Assembly: GCA_963575745.1 (NCBI GenBank)
Contig: CAUYUJ010000298.1
Coordinates: 1 to 64,000, forward strand
Source: Prorocentrum cordatum
Lineage: Eukaryota
Direction of reading: 5' to 3'
DNA: 64,000 nt
In this document: in pieces, positions 9,702 to 23,469 of the stretch
How the letters are laid out: the number at the start of each line of letters is the position of its first letter
Position numbering within the stretch: the first letter of the stretch is position 1
Notes under the pieces: model-generated
Seen by the model: the letters and a program-made list of their open reading frames with translations, nothing else
What the model was told of the DNA's origin: nothing
Database searches by the model: none
Position numbers and translations under genes: made by a program

Positions 9702-11920
9702 AACCTTGGTTACCGCCGGGAGACTCGTAGAGCTTCCTAGCTCGACTTAAGTTGAGGAAACCGATAGCAGCTACCAATATTCCGACTCATAGAATATGTT
9801 TTGATCTCGGAATGCGACAGGCGGACGCGTCTGATGTCTGCGAATTAACTCCTGTCATTACAGCCCTGCAGCTCAGCCCTTGGTTACCGCCGGGAGACTC
9901 GTAGAGCTTCCTAGCTCGACTTAAGTTGAGGAAACCGATAGCAGCTACCAATATTCCGACTCATAGAATATGTTTTGATCTCGGAATGCGACAGGCGGAC
10001 GCGTCTGATGTCTGCGAATTAACTCCTGTCATTACCAGCCCTGCAGCCCGCTACAGGCCGAGTTAAGTGCAGAAAACTGACAGCACCTCTCAGGATGACT
10101 CGAAGAATACAATAGTTTCGCATACCTAATTCGGGCAGCGGACCGAGTTCAGAGCTCTGAATTCGACAGGCGGACGCGTCTGATGTCTTCAAATCGATTC
10201 CTGTGACGACCAGCACTCTAGCCCTCTTAGCGCGAGTTCAGTGAAGAACACCAAGATCACTTCCCAAGATGACTCGACAAATACGAATAGTTTCGCGATC
10301 CTAGATCCGGCAGCAGACCGAGTTCAGGGCTCTGGATTCGACAGACAAACGCAACTGCTGATTCTGAATCGGTTCCTGTAAATATCAGTTCTGTAGCGTT
10401 CCTACAGCTCGAGTTAAGTACAGAACACCGAGAGTTCCTGTCAAGATAACTCGAATAATACGAATAGGTTTGCGGACCTAGCTCGGCTAACAGACCGAGT
10501 TCAGACCTCTAGATTCGAGAGGCGAACGCGCCTAATCATTCTACATCGATTAGCTGTGCTTACCAGCTCTGTAGCTGTCCTAAAGCTCGAGTTATGTTCA
10601 GAAAACTGTCAGCGCGTATCAAGATGACGCAAAACGGCCGATCCCGCCACAGTGCTTTTCGATAGTAATATTCACCCGATCGAGCTGAGATCAAGATGGC
10701 GAGCGGGAATAAGATCATAGATCACGGGACAAAATACTAGAGCTCTAACGAATGGTCAGATTTCGAGAACATAATTTTCAACCGAGCCAAAGTTGTGAAA
10801 AGTTCAGTCGAGATTTTTCGAGCCAACTAGCCTGCCAGCGTTTTCGAATTACTCTTAAGCTTCGCCGCTGCGCTCTCAGGGAAGCTCTACGAGTCAGTTG
10901 CCACATTGTCCGCCACGGCCGGGTCGACCAACTAGCTCCACCCCGCGCCGGAATTCCTCTAGCTCATCGACTGGGCGCCGGCGGTAAACCGTCAACCTTG
11001 GTTACCGCCGGGAGACTCGTAGAGCTTCCTAGCTCGACTTAAGTTGAGAAAACCGACAGCACCTACCAACATTCCGACTTATAGTGACTATTTTCTGACC
11101 TCTGAATGCGACAGGCGGACGCGTCTGATGTCTGCGAATCGACTCCTGTCATTACCAGCTGCAGCCCCCCTACAGCCCAAGTTAAGTGCAGAAAACCGAC
11201 AGCACCTCTCAGGATGACTCGAGCAATAGAGTAGTTTCGCAGACCTAATTCGGCAGCAGACCGAGTTCCGAGCTCTGGATTCGACAGGCGAACGCGCCTG
11301 ATATCTTCAAATCGATTCATGTGACCACCAGCACTGTAGCGCACTCTCAGCGCGAGTTGAGTGAAGAAAACCGAGAGCACTTCTCAAGATGACTCGATCA
11401 ATACGAATAGTTTTGGCGATTCTAGATCGGGCAGCAGACCGAGTTCAGAGCTCTGGATTCGACAGACAAACGCAACTGATGATTGTAAATCGGTTTCTGT
11501 AAATATTAGCTCTATAGCTGTCCTACAGCTCGAGTTAAGTAGAGACAACCGAGAGTTTCTGTCAAGATGACTCGAATTATACTAATAGTTGTGCGACCTA
11601 GCTCGGCTAACAGACCGAGTTCAGACCTCTCGAGTCAACAGGCGAACGCGCCTAATCATTCTACATCGATTAGCTGTGCTTACCAGCTCTGTAGCTCTTC
11701 TAAAGCTCGAGTTATGTTGAAAAAACCGTCAGCGCGCATCAAGATGACTCGAAACGGCCGATCCCGCCACAGTGCTTTTCGATAGTAATATTCACCCGAT
11801 CGAGCTGAGATCAAGATGGCGAGCGGGAATAAGATCGAAAGTCACGGGAAAAAATACTAGAGCTCTAACGAATTGTTGAATTCCGAGAACAAAATTTTCA
11901 ATCGACCAAAAGTCAGCAAA

Positions 11921-12965
11921 CTGGGCGCCGGCGGTAAACCGTCAACCTTGGTTACCGCCGGAGACTCGTAGAGCTTCCTAGCTCGACTTAAGTTGAGAAC
12001 ACCGACAGCACCTACCAACATTCCGACTCAGAGTGTATATTTTTTTGCCTCTGAATGCGACAGGCGGGCGCGTTTGATGTCTGTGAATCGACTCCTCTCA
12101 TTACCAGCCCTGCAGCCCCCCTACAGCCCGAGTTAAGTGCAGAAAACAAACAGCACCTCCCAGGATGACTCGAACAATACAGTAGTTTCGCAGACCTAGC
12201 TCGGGCAGCAGACCGAGTTGCGAGCTCTGCATTCGACAGGCGGACGTGTCTGATGTTCAAACCGCTTCATGTGACCACCAGGACTGTAGCCCGCCTCAGC
12301 GCAGTTTAGTGAAGAAAACCGAGAGCACTTCTCAAGATAACTCGACCAATACGAATAGTTTCGCGATTCTAGATCGGGCAGCAGACCGAGTTCGGAGCTC
12401 TGGATTCGACAGACAGACGCAACTGATGATTCTGAATCGGTTTCTGTAAATATCAGCTCTGTAGCTGTCCTACAGCTCGAGTGAAGTACAGAAAACCGAG
12501 AGTTCCTGTCAGGATGACTGGAATAATACGAATAGGTTTGCGGACCTAGCTCGGCTAACAGACCGAGTTCGGACCTCTGGATTCAACAGGCGTACGCGCC
12601 TAATCATTCTGCATCGATTAGCTGTGCTTACCAGCTCTCTAGCTGTCCTAAAGCTCGAGTTATGTTCAGATAACCGTCAGCGCGTATCAAGATGACTCAA
12701 AACGGCCGATCCCGCCACAGTGCTTTTCGATAGTACTATTCACTCGATCGAGCTGAGATCAAGATGGCGAGCGGGAATAAGATCGAATATCACGGGAAAA
12801 AATACTAGAGCTCAAACGAATTCTTAAATTTCGAGAACATAATTTTCAACTGAGCAAAAGTCACCAAAAGTTCCGTCGAGATTTTTCGAGCCAACTAGCT
12901 CTCCAGCGCGCGGGAATTACTCGGAGCTTCCAGCAATAACTTGCTAAGGGAAGCTCTACGAGTTA
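11921..12965 (-). mobile_element. F2 element, full-length, inserted inside another F2
   Basis: Both termini present. Removing it restores agtcagcaaa|agttccgtcg of the host copy with no TSD. Confidence 0.85.
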
Positions 12966-14033
12966 AGTTCCGTCGAAATTTTTCTTGCCAACTAGCTCTC
13001 CAGCGCGCCGGAATTACTCTTAGCTTCCAGCAACTGGGCGCCGGCGGTAAACCGTCAACCTTGGTTACCGCCGGGAGACTCGTAGAGCTTCCTAGCTCGA
13101 CTTAAGTTGAGGAAACCGACAGCACCTACCAACATTCCGACTCATAGTGAATATATTTTGACCTCTGAATGCGACAGGCGGACGCATCTGATGTCTGCGA
13201 ATCAACTCCTGTCATTACCAGCCCTGCAGCCCCCCTACAGCCCGAGTTAAGAACAGAAAACCGACAGCACCTCCCAGGATGACTCGAACAATACAGTAGT
13301 TTCGCAGACCTAATTCGACAGCGGACCGATTTCCGAGCTCTGGATTCGACAGGCGGACGCGCCTGCTGTCTTGAAATCGATTTCTGTGACCACCAGCACT
13401 GTAGCCCCCCTCAGCGCGAATTGAATGAAGAAAACCGAGAGCACTTCTCAAGATGACTCGAACAATACGAATAGGTTCGCGATTCTAGATCGGGCAGCAG
13501 ACCGAGTTCAGAGCTCTGGATTCGACAGACAAGCGTAACTGATGATTCTGAATCAGTTTCTGTAAATATCAGCTCTGTATCTGTTCTACAGCTCGAGTTA
13601 AGTACAGAAAACCGAGAGTTTCTGTCAAGATGACTCGAATAATACGAATAGGTTTGCGGACCTAGCTCGGCTAACAGACCGAGTTCATACCTCTGGATTC
13701 ATCAGACGAACGCGCCTAATCATTCTACATCGATTAGCTGTGCTTACCAGCTCTCTAGCTGTCCTAAAGCTCGAGTTATGTTCAGAAAACCGTCAGCGCG
13801 TATCAAGATGACTCAAAACGGCCGATCCCGCCACAGTGCTTTTCGATAGTAATATTCACTCGATCGAGCTGAGATCAAGATGGCGAGCGGGAATAAGATC
13901 GAATATCACGGGAAAAAATACTAGAGCTCAAACGAATTCAAATTTCGAGAACATAATTTTCAACTGAGCAAAAGTCACCAAAAGTTCCGTCGAGATTTTT
14001 CTTGCCAACTAGCTCTCCAGCGCGCCGGAATTA

Positions 14034-15082
14034 CTGGGCGCCGGCGGTAAACCGTCAACCTTGGTGACCGCCGGGAGACTCGTAGAGCTTCCTAGCTCGA
14101 CTTAAGTTGAGCAAATCGACAGCACCTACCAATATTCCGACTCTTAGTGAATATTTTTTGACCTCTGAATGCGACAGGCGGACGCGTCTGATGTCTGCGA
14201 ATCGACTCCTGTCATTACCAGCCCTGCAGCCCCCCTACAGCCCGAGTGAAGTGCAGAAAACCGACAGCATCTCTCAGGATGACTCGAACAATACGAATAG
14301 TTTCGCGGACCTAGTTCGAGCAGCAGACAGAGTTCAGAGCTCTGGATTCCAGAGGCGGACGCACCTGATGTCTTCGAATCGATTCCTGTGACCACAAGCA
14401 CTGTAGTCCCTCTCAGCGCGAGTTTTCTGCAGGAAAACCGAGAGCACTTCTGAAGATGACTCGACCAGTACGAATATTTTCGCGATTCTAGATCGGGTAG
14501 CAGACCGAGTTCAGAGCTCTGGATTCGACAGACAAATGCAACTGATAATTCTGAATCGGTTTCTGTAAATATCAGCTCTGTAGCTGTCCTACAGCTGGAG
14601 TTAAGTACAGAAAACCGAGAGTTTCTGTCCAGATGACTCGAATAATACGAATAGGTTTCCAGACCTAGCTCGGCTAACAGACCGAGTTCAGACCTTTGAA
14701 TTGAACAGGCGAACGCGCCTAATCATTCTACATCGATTAGCTGTGCTTACGAGCTCTGTAGCTGTCCTAAAGCTCGAGTTATATTCAGAAAACCGTTAGC
14801 GCGTATCAAGATGACTCAAAACGGCCGATCCCGCCACAGTGCTTTTCGATAGTAATATTCACCCGATCGAGCTGAGATCAAGATGGCAAGCGGGAATCAG
14901 ATCGAATATCACGGGAAAAAATTAGAGCTCTAACGAATTGTTAAATTTCGAGGAAAAAAAATTCAACCAACCAAAAGTCACCCAAAGTTCCGTCGAGATT
15001 TTTCTTGCCAACTAGCTCTCCAGCGCGCCGGAATTACTCTTAGCTTCCAGCAATAACTTGCTCAGGGAAGCTCTACGAGTTA
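14034..15082 (-). mobile_element. F2 element, full-length
   Basis: Starts ctgggcgccggcgg (3' end) and finishes gaagctctacgagtta (5' end). Internal ~177-bp monomers. Confidence 0.8.
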
Positions 15083-18000
15083 CTGGGCGCCGGCGGTAAA
15101 CCGTCAACCTTTCTTACCGCCGGGGGACTCGTAGAGCTTCCTGACAATATATGATGTCGAAAAAATTGCAGAGAACGAATAGTTTTTCAGCCCAAGCGAT
15201 GTCAGACCTCTCGATGCAACAGCCGAACGCCTCCCGATGCTTCTGGATTGTCTTCTGTACGAGCTCTCTAGCTCTCCTACAGCCCCAGTTAAGTGCGTCA
15301 ATCGACAGCATCTCTCAAGATGACTCGAACAAAACGAATAGTTTGGCAAACCCAGCTCGATTATCAGACCCAGTTCAGACCTCTCAATTCGACAGGCAGA
15401 CGCGTCTGATGTGTCCGAATGGATTCCTGTGATTACCAGCCCTGCAGCCCCCCTACAGCCCGATTTAAGTGTAGAAAGCCGACAGCATCTTTCAGGATGA
15501 CTCGAACAATACGAACAGTTTCGCGGACCGAGTTCGGGCAGGAGACCGAGTTCCGAGCTCTGGATTCCACAGGCGGACGCGACTGATGTCTCCAAATCGA
15601 TTGCTGTCACCACCAGCACTCTAGCCTCCCTACAGCCCAAGTTAAGTGCAGAAAACCGACAGCACTTCTCAAGGTGACTCGAACAATACGAACAGTTTCG
15701 CGATTATGGATCGGGCAGCAGACCGAGTTCAGAGCTCTGGATTCAACAGACAAACGCGACTGATGATTCTGAATAAGTTTCTGTAAGTATCAGCTCTGTA
15801 GCTGTCCTATAGCTCGAGTTAAGTACAGAAAACCGAAAGCGCCTGTCAAGATGACTCGAATAATACGAATAGGTTTGCGGACCTAGCTCGGCTAACAGAC
15901 CGAGTTCAGACCTCTGGGTTCAACAGGCGAACGCGCCTGATCATTCTGCATCGATTAGCTGTGCTTACCAGCTCTGTAGCTGTCCTGAAGCTCGAGTTAT
16001 CTTGATAAAACCGAGAGCGCGTATCAAGATGACTCGAAACGGCCGATCCCGCCTGCCTGCTTTCTGGCAGTAAAACTTACCCGATCGAGCTGAGATCAAG
16101 ATGGTGAGCGGGAATAATATCAAATATCATGGGAAAAAATACTAGAGCTCTAACGAATGGTCAAATCTTAAGAACAAAATTTTCAACCGACCAAAAGTCA
16201 CCAAAAGGTCCGTCGAGATTTTCCTTGCCAACTAGCTCTCCAGCGCCCCGGAACTGGCGCCGGCGGTGAACCGTCAACCTGGTCACCGCCGGGAACCTCG
16301 TAGAGCTCCTAGCATGCGTGAGAGTGCTCAGCGTCGAAAGAGAGGGCTTCTGGAAGAATTTTTCGAAAAAGAGAAAACATGATTTTTTCGATGTCGACCT
16401 GAAGTTGGTTCCGCCAAGTGTTTTGATAGTAAAAAGACATCTAGAGAGCTCATATTCAGACAGAGAGGCCATCATATTCGTTTACAGGTGCGGAAAATCT
16501 GCTTTCTCAAAATAAATGGTCAAATATCTTTCAAATATTCCCAAAACCACCCAAAAGATGCCACATTGTCCGCCTCGGCCGGGGCCAACTGGCGCCGGCG
16601 GTGAACCGTCAACCTGGTCACCGCCGGGAACCTCGTAGAGGTCCTCTTACTAGTAAGAGTGCAGAGAATCGACACAGAATGAAAAAATATAGATTTTTCG
16701 AAAATCTTGAAATTCGATGTTTTCGATGTTCAGATTCGCTCAGTTCCTGGAAGTCAACTCATGCAAAAATGCATCGAGAGAGCTGAGCTGCGATCAGAGA
16801 GGAGTTCATATGCCAATGCTCGGCGTAAAAATCTGCTTTTTCGAAATAAATGGTGAAATATCTTTCAAATTTTCGGAAAACCACGCAAAAGTTGCCACAT
16901 TGTCCGCCTCGGCCGGCTGGGCCAGCTAGCTCCACCCCGCGCCGGAATTCCTCTAGCTCATCGACTGGGCACCGGCGGTAAACCGTCAACCTTGGTTACC
17001 GCCGGGGAACTCGTAGAGCTTCCTAGCTCGACTTAAGTTGAGAAAACCGACAGCACCTACCAACGTTCCAACTTATAGAAGATATTTTTTGACCTCTGAA
17101 TGCGACAGGCAGACGCGTCTCATGTCTGCGAATCGACTCCTGTCATTACCAGCGCTGGAACCCCCCCCCCCCCTACAGCCCGAGTGAAATGCAGAAAACC
17201 GACAGCATCTCTCAGAATGACTCGAACAATACAATAGATTCGCAGACCTAATTCGGGCAGCAGACCGAGTTCCGAGCTCTGGATGCGACAGACGGACGCG
17301 CATGATCTCTTCAAATCGATTCATGTGAGAACCAGCACTGTAGCATGCTCTCAGCGGAAGTTGAGTGAAGAAAACCGAGAGCATCTCTCAAGATGACTCG
17401 ACCAATACGAATAATTTCGCGAGTCTGGATCGGGCAGCTGACCGAGTTCAGGGCTCTGGATTCGACAGACAAACGCAACTGACGATTCTGAATCAGTTAC
17501 TGTAAACATCAGCTTTCTAGCTGTGATACAGCTCGAGTTTAGTACAGAAAACCGAGAGTTTGAGTCAAAATGACTCGCATACTACGGATAGGTTTGCGAA
17601 CCTAGCTCGGCTCACAGACCGAGTTCAGACCTCTGGATTGAACAGGCGAACGCGCCTAATCATTCTGCATCGATTAGCTGTGCTCACTAGCTCCGTAGCT
17701 GCTCTACAGCTCGAGATATGTTCAGAAAACCGTCAGCGCATACCAAGATGACTCGAAACGGCCGATCCCGCCAGAGTGCTTTTCGATAGTAATTTTCACC
17801 CGATCGAGCTGAGATCAAGATGGATAGCGGGAATAAGATCGAATAGCACGGGAAACAATACTAGAGCTCAAACGAATTGTCAAATTTCGAGAACCAAATT
17901 TTCAACTGACCAAAAGTCAGCAAAAGTTCCGTCGAGGTGTTTCTTGCCAACTAGCTATCCAGCGCGCCGGAATTACTGGGAGCCGGCGGTAAACCGTCAA

Positions 18001-21000
18001 CCAGGTTGCCACCGGGAGCCTCGTAGAGCTCTTTTCTCGTGCGGGGCTACCCGGTACACATTGAGGGAGTTTTCTGCAAGATTTCTTTGCGAAAGAGCTC
18101 TCAAGCTGGTCTGGAGCTCGAGTTAAGTAGAAAAAACACCTTGAGTTCCAACAAAAATCGGTCGCATACGAATAGTGTTGCGAACCTAGCTTGGGTAGCA
18201 GACTGTGTTCAGAGCTGTAGATGCTCCAGCCGAACGCCCTGGATGATTCTGGATCGGTTTCCGTGCGTCCTAGCTCTCCAACTCTGCTACAGCTTCAGTT
18301 AAGTACAGAAGACCGACAGCGCCTGCAAAGAGAACTTGAAGAATGCGAATAGTTTGCGGACCTAGCTGGGGTAGCAGGCCGAGTTCAGACCGCTTGATGC
18401 AACAGACAGACGCGTCTAATGGTACAGAACCTTTCGTGTGCGTACCAGCTCTGTAGCTATTCTAGATCGCGAGTTAAGTGCAAACTAACAGCACTTGTCT
18501 AAATGACACGAAGATTACGAATAGATTTCGAGACCTAGCTCGGGCAGCAGACCGAGTTCAGAGCTCTCGATGGGAGAAACGTACCTCAAGATTCTGAATC
18601 GGTTTCAATAGACATCAGCTCAGTAGCTGTCTAAATCTCGAGATACGTACAGAAAACTGTCAACGCGTGACAAGATGACTCGAAACGGCCGTCAGTTCCA
18701 GCAAGTCTTTTGATAGTAATATTGCAGCTACGGACCTAAGAATTTGAATGGCAGACGCGGCATAACCCAGCACAGGTGAGAAAAATGCCAGTTCCCAAAA
18801 CGAATTTTCAAATTTCGCACAAAGATTGAAAAACCGACCCAAAGTTACCACATTGTCTCTTAAGGCCGGGTCGGTGAACTAGCTCAGCCTGCGCCCGAAT
18901 TCCTCTAGCTCATCGATGCCGAAGAGCTCTACGAGGTAATGGGCGCCGGCGGTAAACTGTCAACCTTTGTTACCGCCGGGGGACTCGTAGAGCTTCCTGA
19001 CAACATATAATGTCGAAAAAAAATGCAGAGAACGAATAGTTTTTCAGCCCAACTCGAGTATGAGACCGAGTTCAGACCTCTGAATGCGACAGACGGACGC
19101 GTCTGATGTCTCCGAATCGATTCCTGTGATTGCCCGCCATGCAGCCTCCCCAGCCCGAGTCAAGTGCAGAACGCCGACAGTAGCTCTCAAGATGAATGGA
19201 AGAATACGAACAGTTTTGTGATTCTGGATCGCGCAGCAGACCGAGTTCAGAGCTCTGCATTCGACAGACAAACGCGACTGGTGATTATGAATCGGTTTCT
19301 GTAACTATCAGCCCTGTATCTGTCCTATAGCTTGAGTTAAGTACAGGAAACCGAGAGCGCCTATCAAGATGATTCGAATAATACGAATAGGTTTGCGGAC
19401 CTAGCTCGGCTAGCAGACCGAGTTCAGACCTCTGGTTGGAACAGCCGAACGCGCCTGATGATTCTGAGTCGATGAGGCGTGCTTACCAGCTCTGTAGCTG
19501 TCCTATACCTCGAGTTAAGTTCAGAATACCGACAGTGCGAATCAAGATGACTTGAATTATACGAATAGGCTAGCAAACCGAGTTCAGAGCTCTGGATTCA
19601 ACAATCTTTTCTCGCACGGCGCTCCTCGGTACATATGCAGAGTCTCCCAAAAACTCGAAACATCACGTTTTATGTTTTCATCGAAAGGTGGTTTCGCCAA
19701 GTGTTTTGATGGCAATACTGCCCCTACGGGCATTAGAACTGGGCGCCGGCGGTAAACCGTCAACCTTTCTTACCGCCGGGGGACTCGTAGAGCTTCCTGA
19801 CAACATATAATGTCGAAAAAAAGTAAACAGAAAAAATGTTTTTCAGCCCAAGCAATTTCAGAGCTCTCGGATGCAACAGCCGAACGCCCCCGATGCTTCT
19901 GGATTGTCTTCTGTGCGAGCTCTGTGAACTCCTACAGCCCGAGTTACCGGCGTAAATCGACAGCACCTCTCAAGATGACTCGAAGAATACGAATAGTTGC
20001 AAACCTAGTTCGAGTATCAGACCGAGTTCAGACCTCTGCATGCGACAGGCGGACGCGTCTGATGTCTCTGAATCGATTCCTGTGATTACCAGCCCTGCAG
20101 CCCCCCCTACAGCCCGAGTTAAGTGCAGGAAACCGACAGCACCTCTCAGGATGACTCGAACAATACGAATAGTTTCGCGGACCAAGTTCGGGCAGCAGAC
20201 AGAGTTCGGGGCTCTGGATTCGAAAGGCGGACGCGCTGATGTCTCCGAATCGATTCCAGTGATTACCAGCCATGCAGCCCCCTACAGCCCGAGTTAAGTG
20301 CAGAGAACCGACAGCATCTCTCAAGATGACTCGAACAATACGAATAGTTTCGCGATTCTAGATCGGGCAGGAGTCCGAGATCAGAGCTTTGGATTCAACA
20401 GACAACGCCCACTGATAATTCTGAATCAGATTATGTACGTATCAGCTCTGTAGCTGCCCTCTAGCTCGAGTTAAGTACAGAAAACCGAGAGCGTGCGTCA
20501 AGATGACTCGAATAATACGAATAGGTTTGCGAACCTAGCTCGGCTAGCAGATCGAGTTCAGACCTCTGAATTCAACAGGCGAGCGCGCCTGAACATTCTG
20601 AATCGATTAGTTGTGCTTACCAGCTCTGTAGCTGTCCTAAAGCTCGAGTTATCTTGATAAAACCGTCACCGCGTGACAAGATGACCCGACACGGCCGATC
20701 CCGCCCGCGTGCTTTTTGGGAGTAAAAGGTACCCGATCGAGCTGAGATCAAGATGGCGAGCGGGAATAAGATCGAATATCACGGGAAAAAATACTAGAGC
20801 TCTAACGAATCTTCAAATTTGGAGAACAAGAAAAAAGACCAAAAGTCACCAAGAGGTCCGTCGAGATTTTTCTTGCCAACTAGCTCTCCAGCGCCCCGGA
20901 ATTACTCTTGAGCTTCCAGCAAGAAGCTCAACTTATAACTCGTAGAGCTTTCAACAGCAAGTGTTTGCTGGAAGCTGCGGGTATCCCGTGGAGCTTCCCT

Positions 21001-23469
21001 CAGCAAGTTATTGCTGGAAACTGGGCGCCGGCGCTAAACCGTCAACCTTCCTCACCGCCGGGGGACTCGTAGAGCTTCCTGAGAATATATGTGGGAAAGA
21101 ATTTCAGACAACGACTAGTTTTTCAGCCCAGGCGATTATAGACCTCTCAAGATCCTTCGCGAACATAGCTCGGGAAGCAGGCCGAGTTCAGAGCTCTTCA
21201 TTTAACAGACGAACACGCCTGATAATTCTCAATCGATTTCTGTGATTATCAGCTATGTGGCTGCCTACAGATCGAGTTAAGTACAGAAAACCGAGAGCGT
21301 CTGCTACAATGACTCGAATAATACGAATAGGTTTGCGACTCTAGCTCGGCTAACAGACCGAGTTCAGACCTCTCGATTCAACAGGCGAACGCGCCTGATC
21401 ATTCTGCATGCATTAGCTGTGCTGACCAGCTCTTTAGTTGTCCTGAAGCTCGAGTTATCTTCAGGAAACCGACAGCGCGTATCAAGATGACTCGAAACGG
21501 CCGTTCCCGCCCGTGCTTCTCGGCCTTCAAAGTTACCCGATCGAGCTGAGATCAAGATGGCGAGCGGGAACAAGATCGACTATCGTGGGAAAAAATACTA
21601 GAGCTCTAACGAATGTTCAAATTTTGAGAACAAAATTTTCAACCGACCAAAAGTCACCAAAAGGTCCGTCGAGATTTTTCTTGCCAACTAGCTCTCCAGC
21701 TCCCCGGAATTACTCTTAAGCTTCCAGCAATAACTTGCTAAAGGAAGCCCTACGATTTATGTTGACGAACGCAAAATAACCTACTACAGGTGCGAAAATT
21801 ACCGGTTCTCAAAATAAATGTTCAAATCTCTCATAAAGTTTATCCAACCGACCCAAAAGTTCGCACATTGTCCGTCGGGGCCGGATCGACCAGCTAGCTG
21901 CACCGCGCGCCCGAATTCCTCTAGCTCATCGATGCCGAAGAGCTCTACGAGGTACTCTTAAGCTTCCAGCAATAACTTGCAAAAGGAGACTCTACTTGCA
22001 ATAACTTGCTAAACTTGCTTAGGCTTCCAGCAACTAGCTGAGGGAAGCTCCACGGGCCACTCGTACGCTTCCAGCAACTGGCTTAGGGAAGCTCTACGTG
22101 TCATGCCGAAAAGCTCTACGAGGTATTTCTCTTAGTAACTCGTAGAGCTCCTTTAGCAAGTTATTGCTGGAAGCTTAAAAGTAATTCCGGGGAGCTGGAG
22201 AGCTAGTTGGCAAGAAAAATCTCGACGGACCTTTTGGTGACTTTTGGTCGGTTGAAATTTTGTTCTCAAAATTTGAACATTCGTTAGAGCTCTAGTATTT
22301 TTTTCCATGATATTCGATCTCATTCCCGCTCGCCATCTTGATCTCAGCTCGATCGAGTAACTTTGAAGGCCAAAAAGCACACGGGCGGGAACGGCCGTTT
22401 CGAGTCATCTTGATACGCGCTGTCGGTTTTCTGAAGATAACTCGAACTTGAGGACAACTAAAGAGCTAATTAGCACAGCTAATGCATGCAGAATGATCAG
22501 GCGCGTTCGCCTGTTGAATCGAGAGGTCTGAACTCGATCTGCTAGCCGAGCTAGGGCTGCAAACCTATTCGCATTATTCGAGTCATTGTAGCAGACACTC
22601 TCGGTTTTTCGTACTCAACTCGATCGGTAGGGCAGCCACAGAGCTGATAATCACAGAAATCGATTAAGAATTATCAGGCACGTTCGTCTGTTGAATCAAG
22701 GGCTCTGAACTCGGCCTGCTCCCCGAGCTAGGTTTGCGAACCTATTGGTATTGTTCGAGTCATCTTGAGAAGTACTCTCGGTTTTCTGTACTTAAATCGT
22801 GCTGGGGGAGGGTTACAGTGCTGCTGGTCACAGGAATCGATTTCGAGACATCAGGCGCGTCCGTTCGTCGAACCGAAAGCTCGGAACTCGGTCTGCTGCT
22901 CGGACGAGATCCGCGAAACGGTTGTATTATTCGAGTCATTCTGAGAAGTACTCTCGGTTTTCTGCACTTAACTCAGGCTGTACGGGGGGCTGCAGAGCTG
23001 GTAATCACAGAAATCGATCCGCAGACATCAGACGAGTCCGCCTGTCGCATTCAGAGGTCTGAACTCGGTTTCATACTCAAGCTCGATTGGAAAACTGTTC
23101 GTTTGGTTTGTTAGAATCATCTTGAGAGGTCTATAATCGCTTGGCCTGAAAAACTAGTCGTTCTCTGAAATTATTTTCCACACTGGGCGCCGGCGGTAAA
23201 CCGTCAACCTTTGTTACCGCTGGGGGACTCGTACAGCTTCCTGACAACATATAATGTCGAAGAAAATTGCAGAGAACGAATAGTTTTTCAGGCCAACTCG
23301 AGTATCAGACCGAATTCAGACCTCTGAATGCAGCAGACAGAGGCGTCTGATCTCTCCGAATCGATTCCTCTGCTTACCCGCCCTGCAGCCCCCCTACAGC
23401 CCGAGCTAAGTGCAGACCGCCGACAGTAGCTCTCAAGATGACTGGAAGAATACGAACAGTTCAGAGCAG

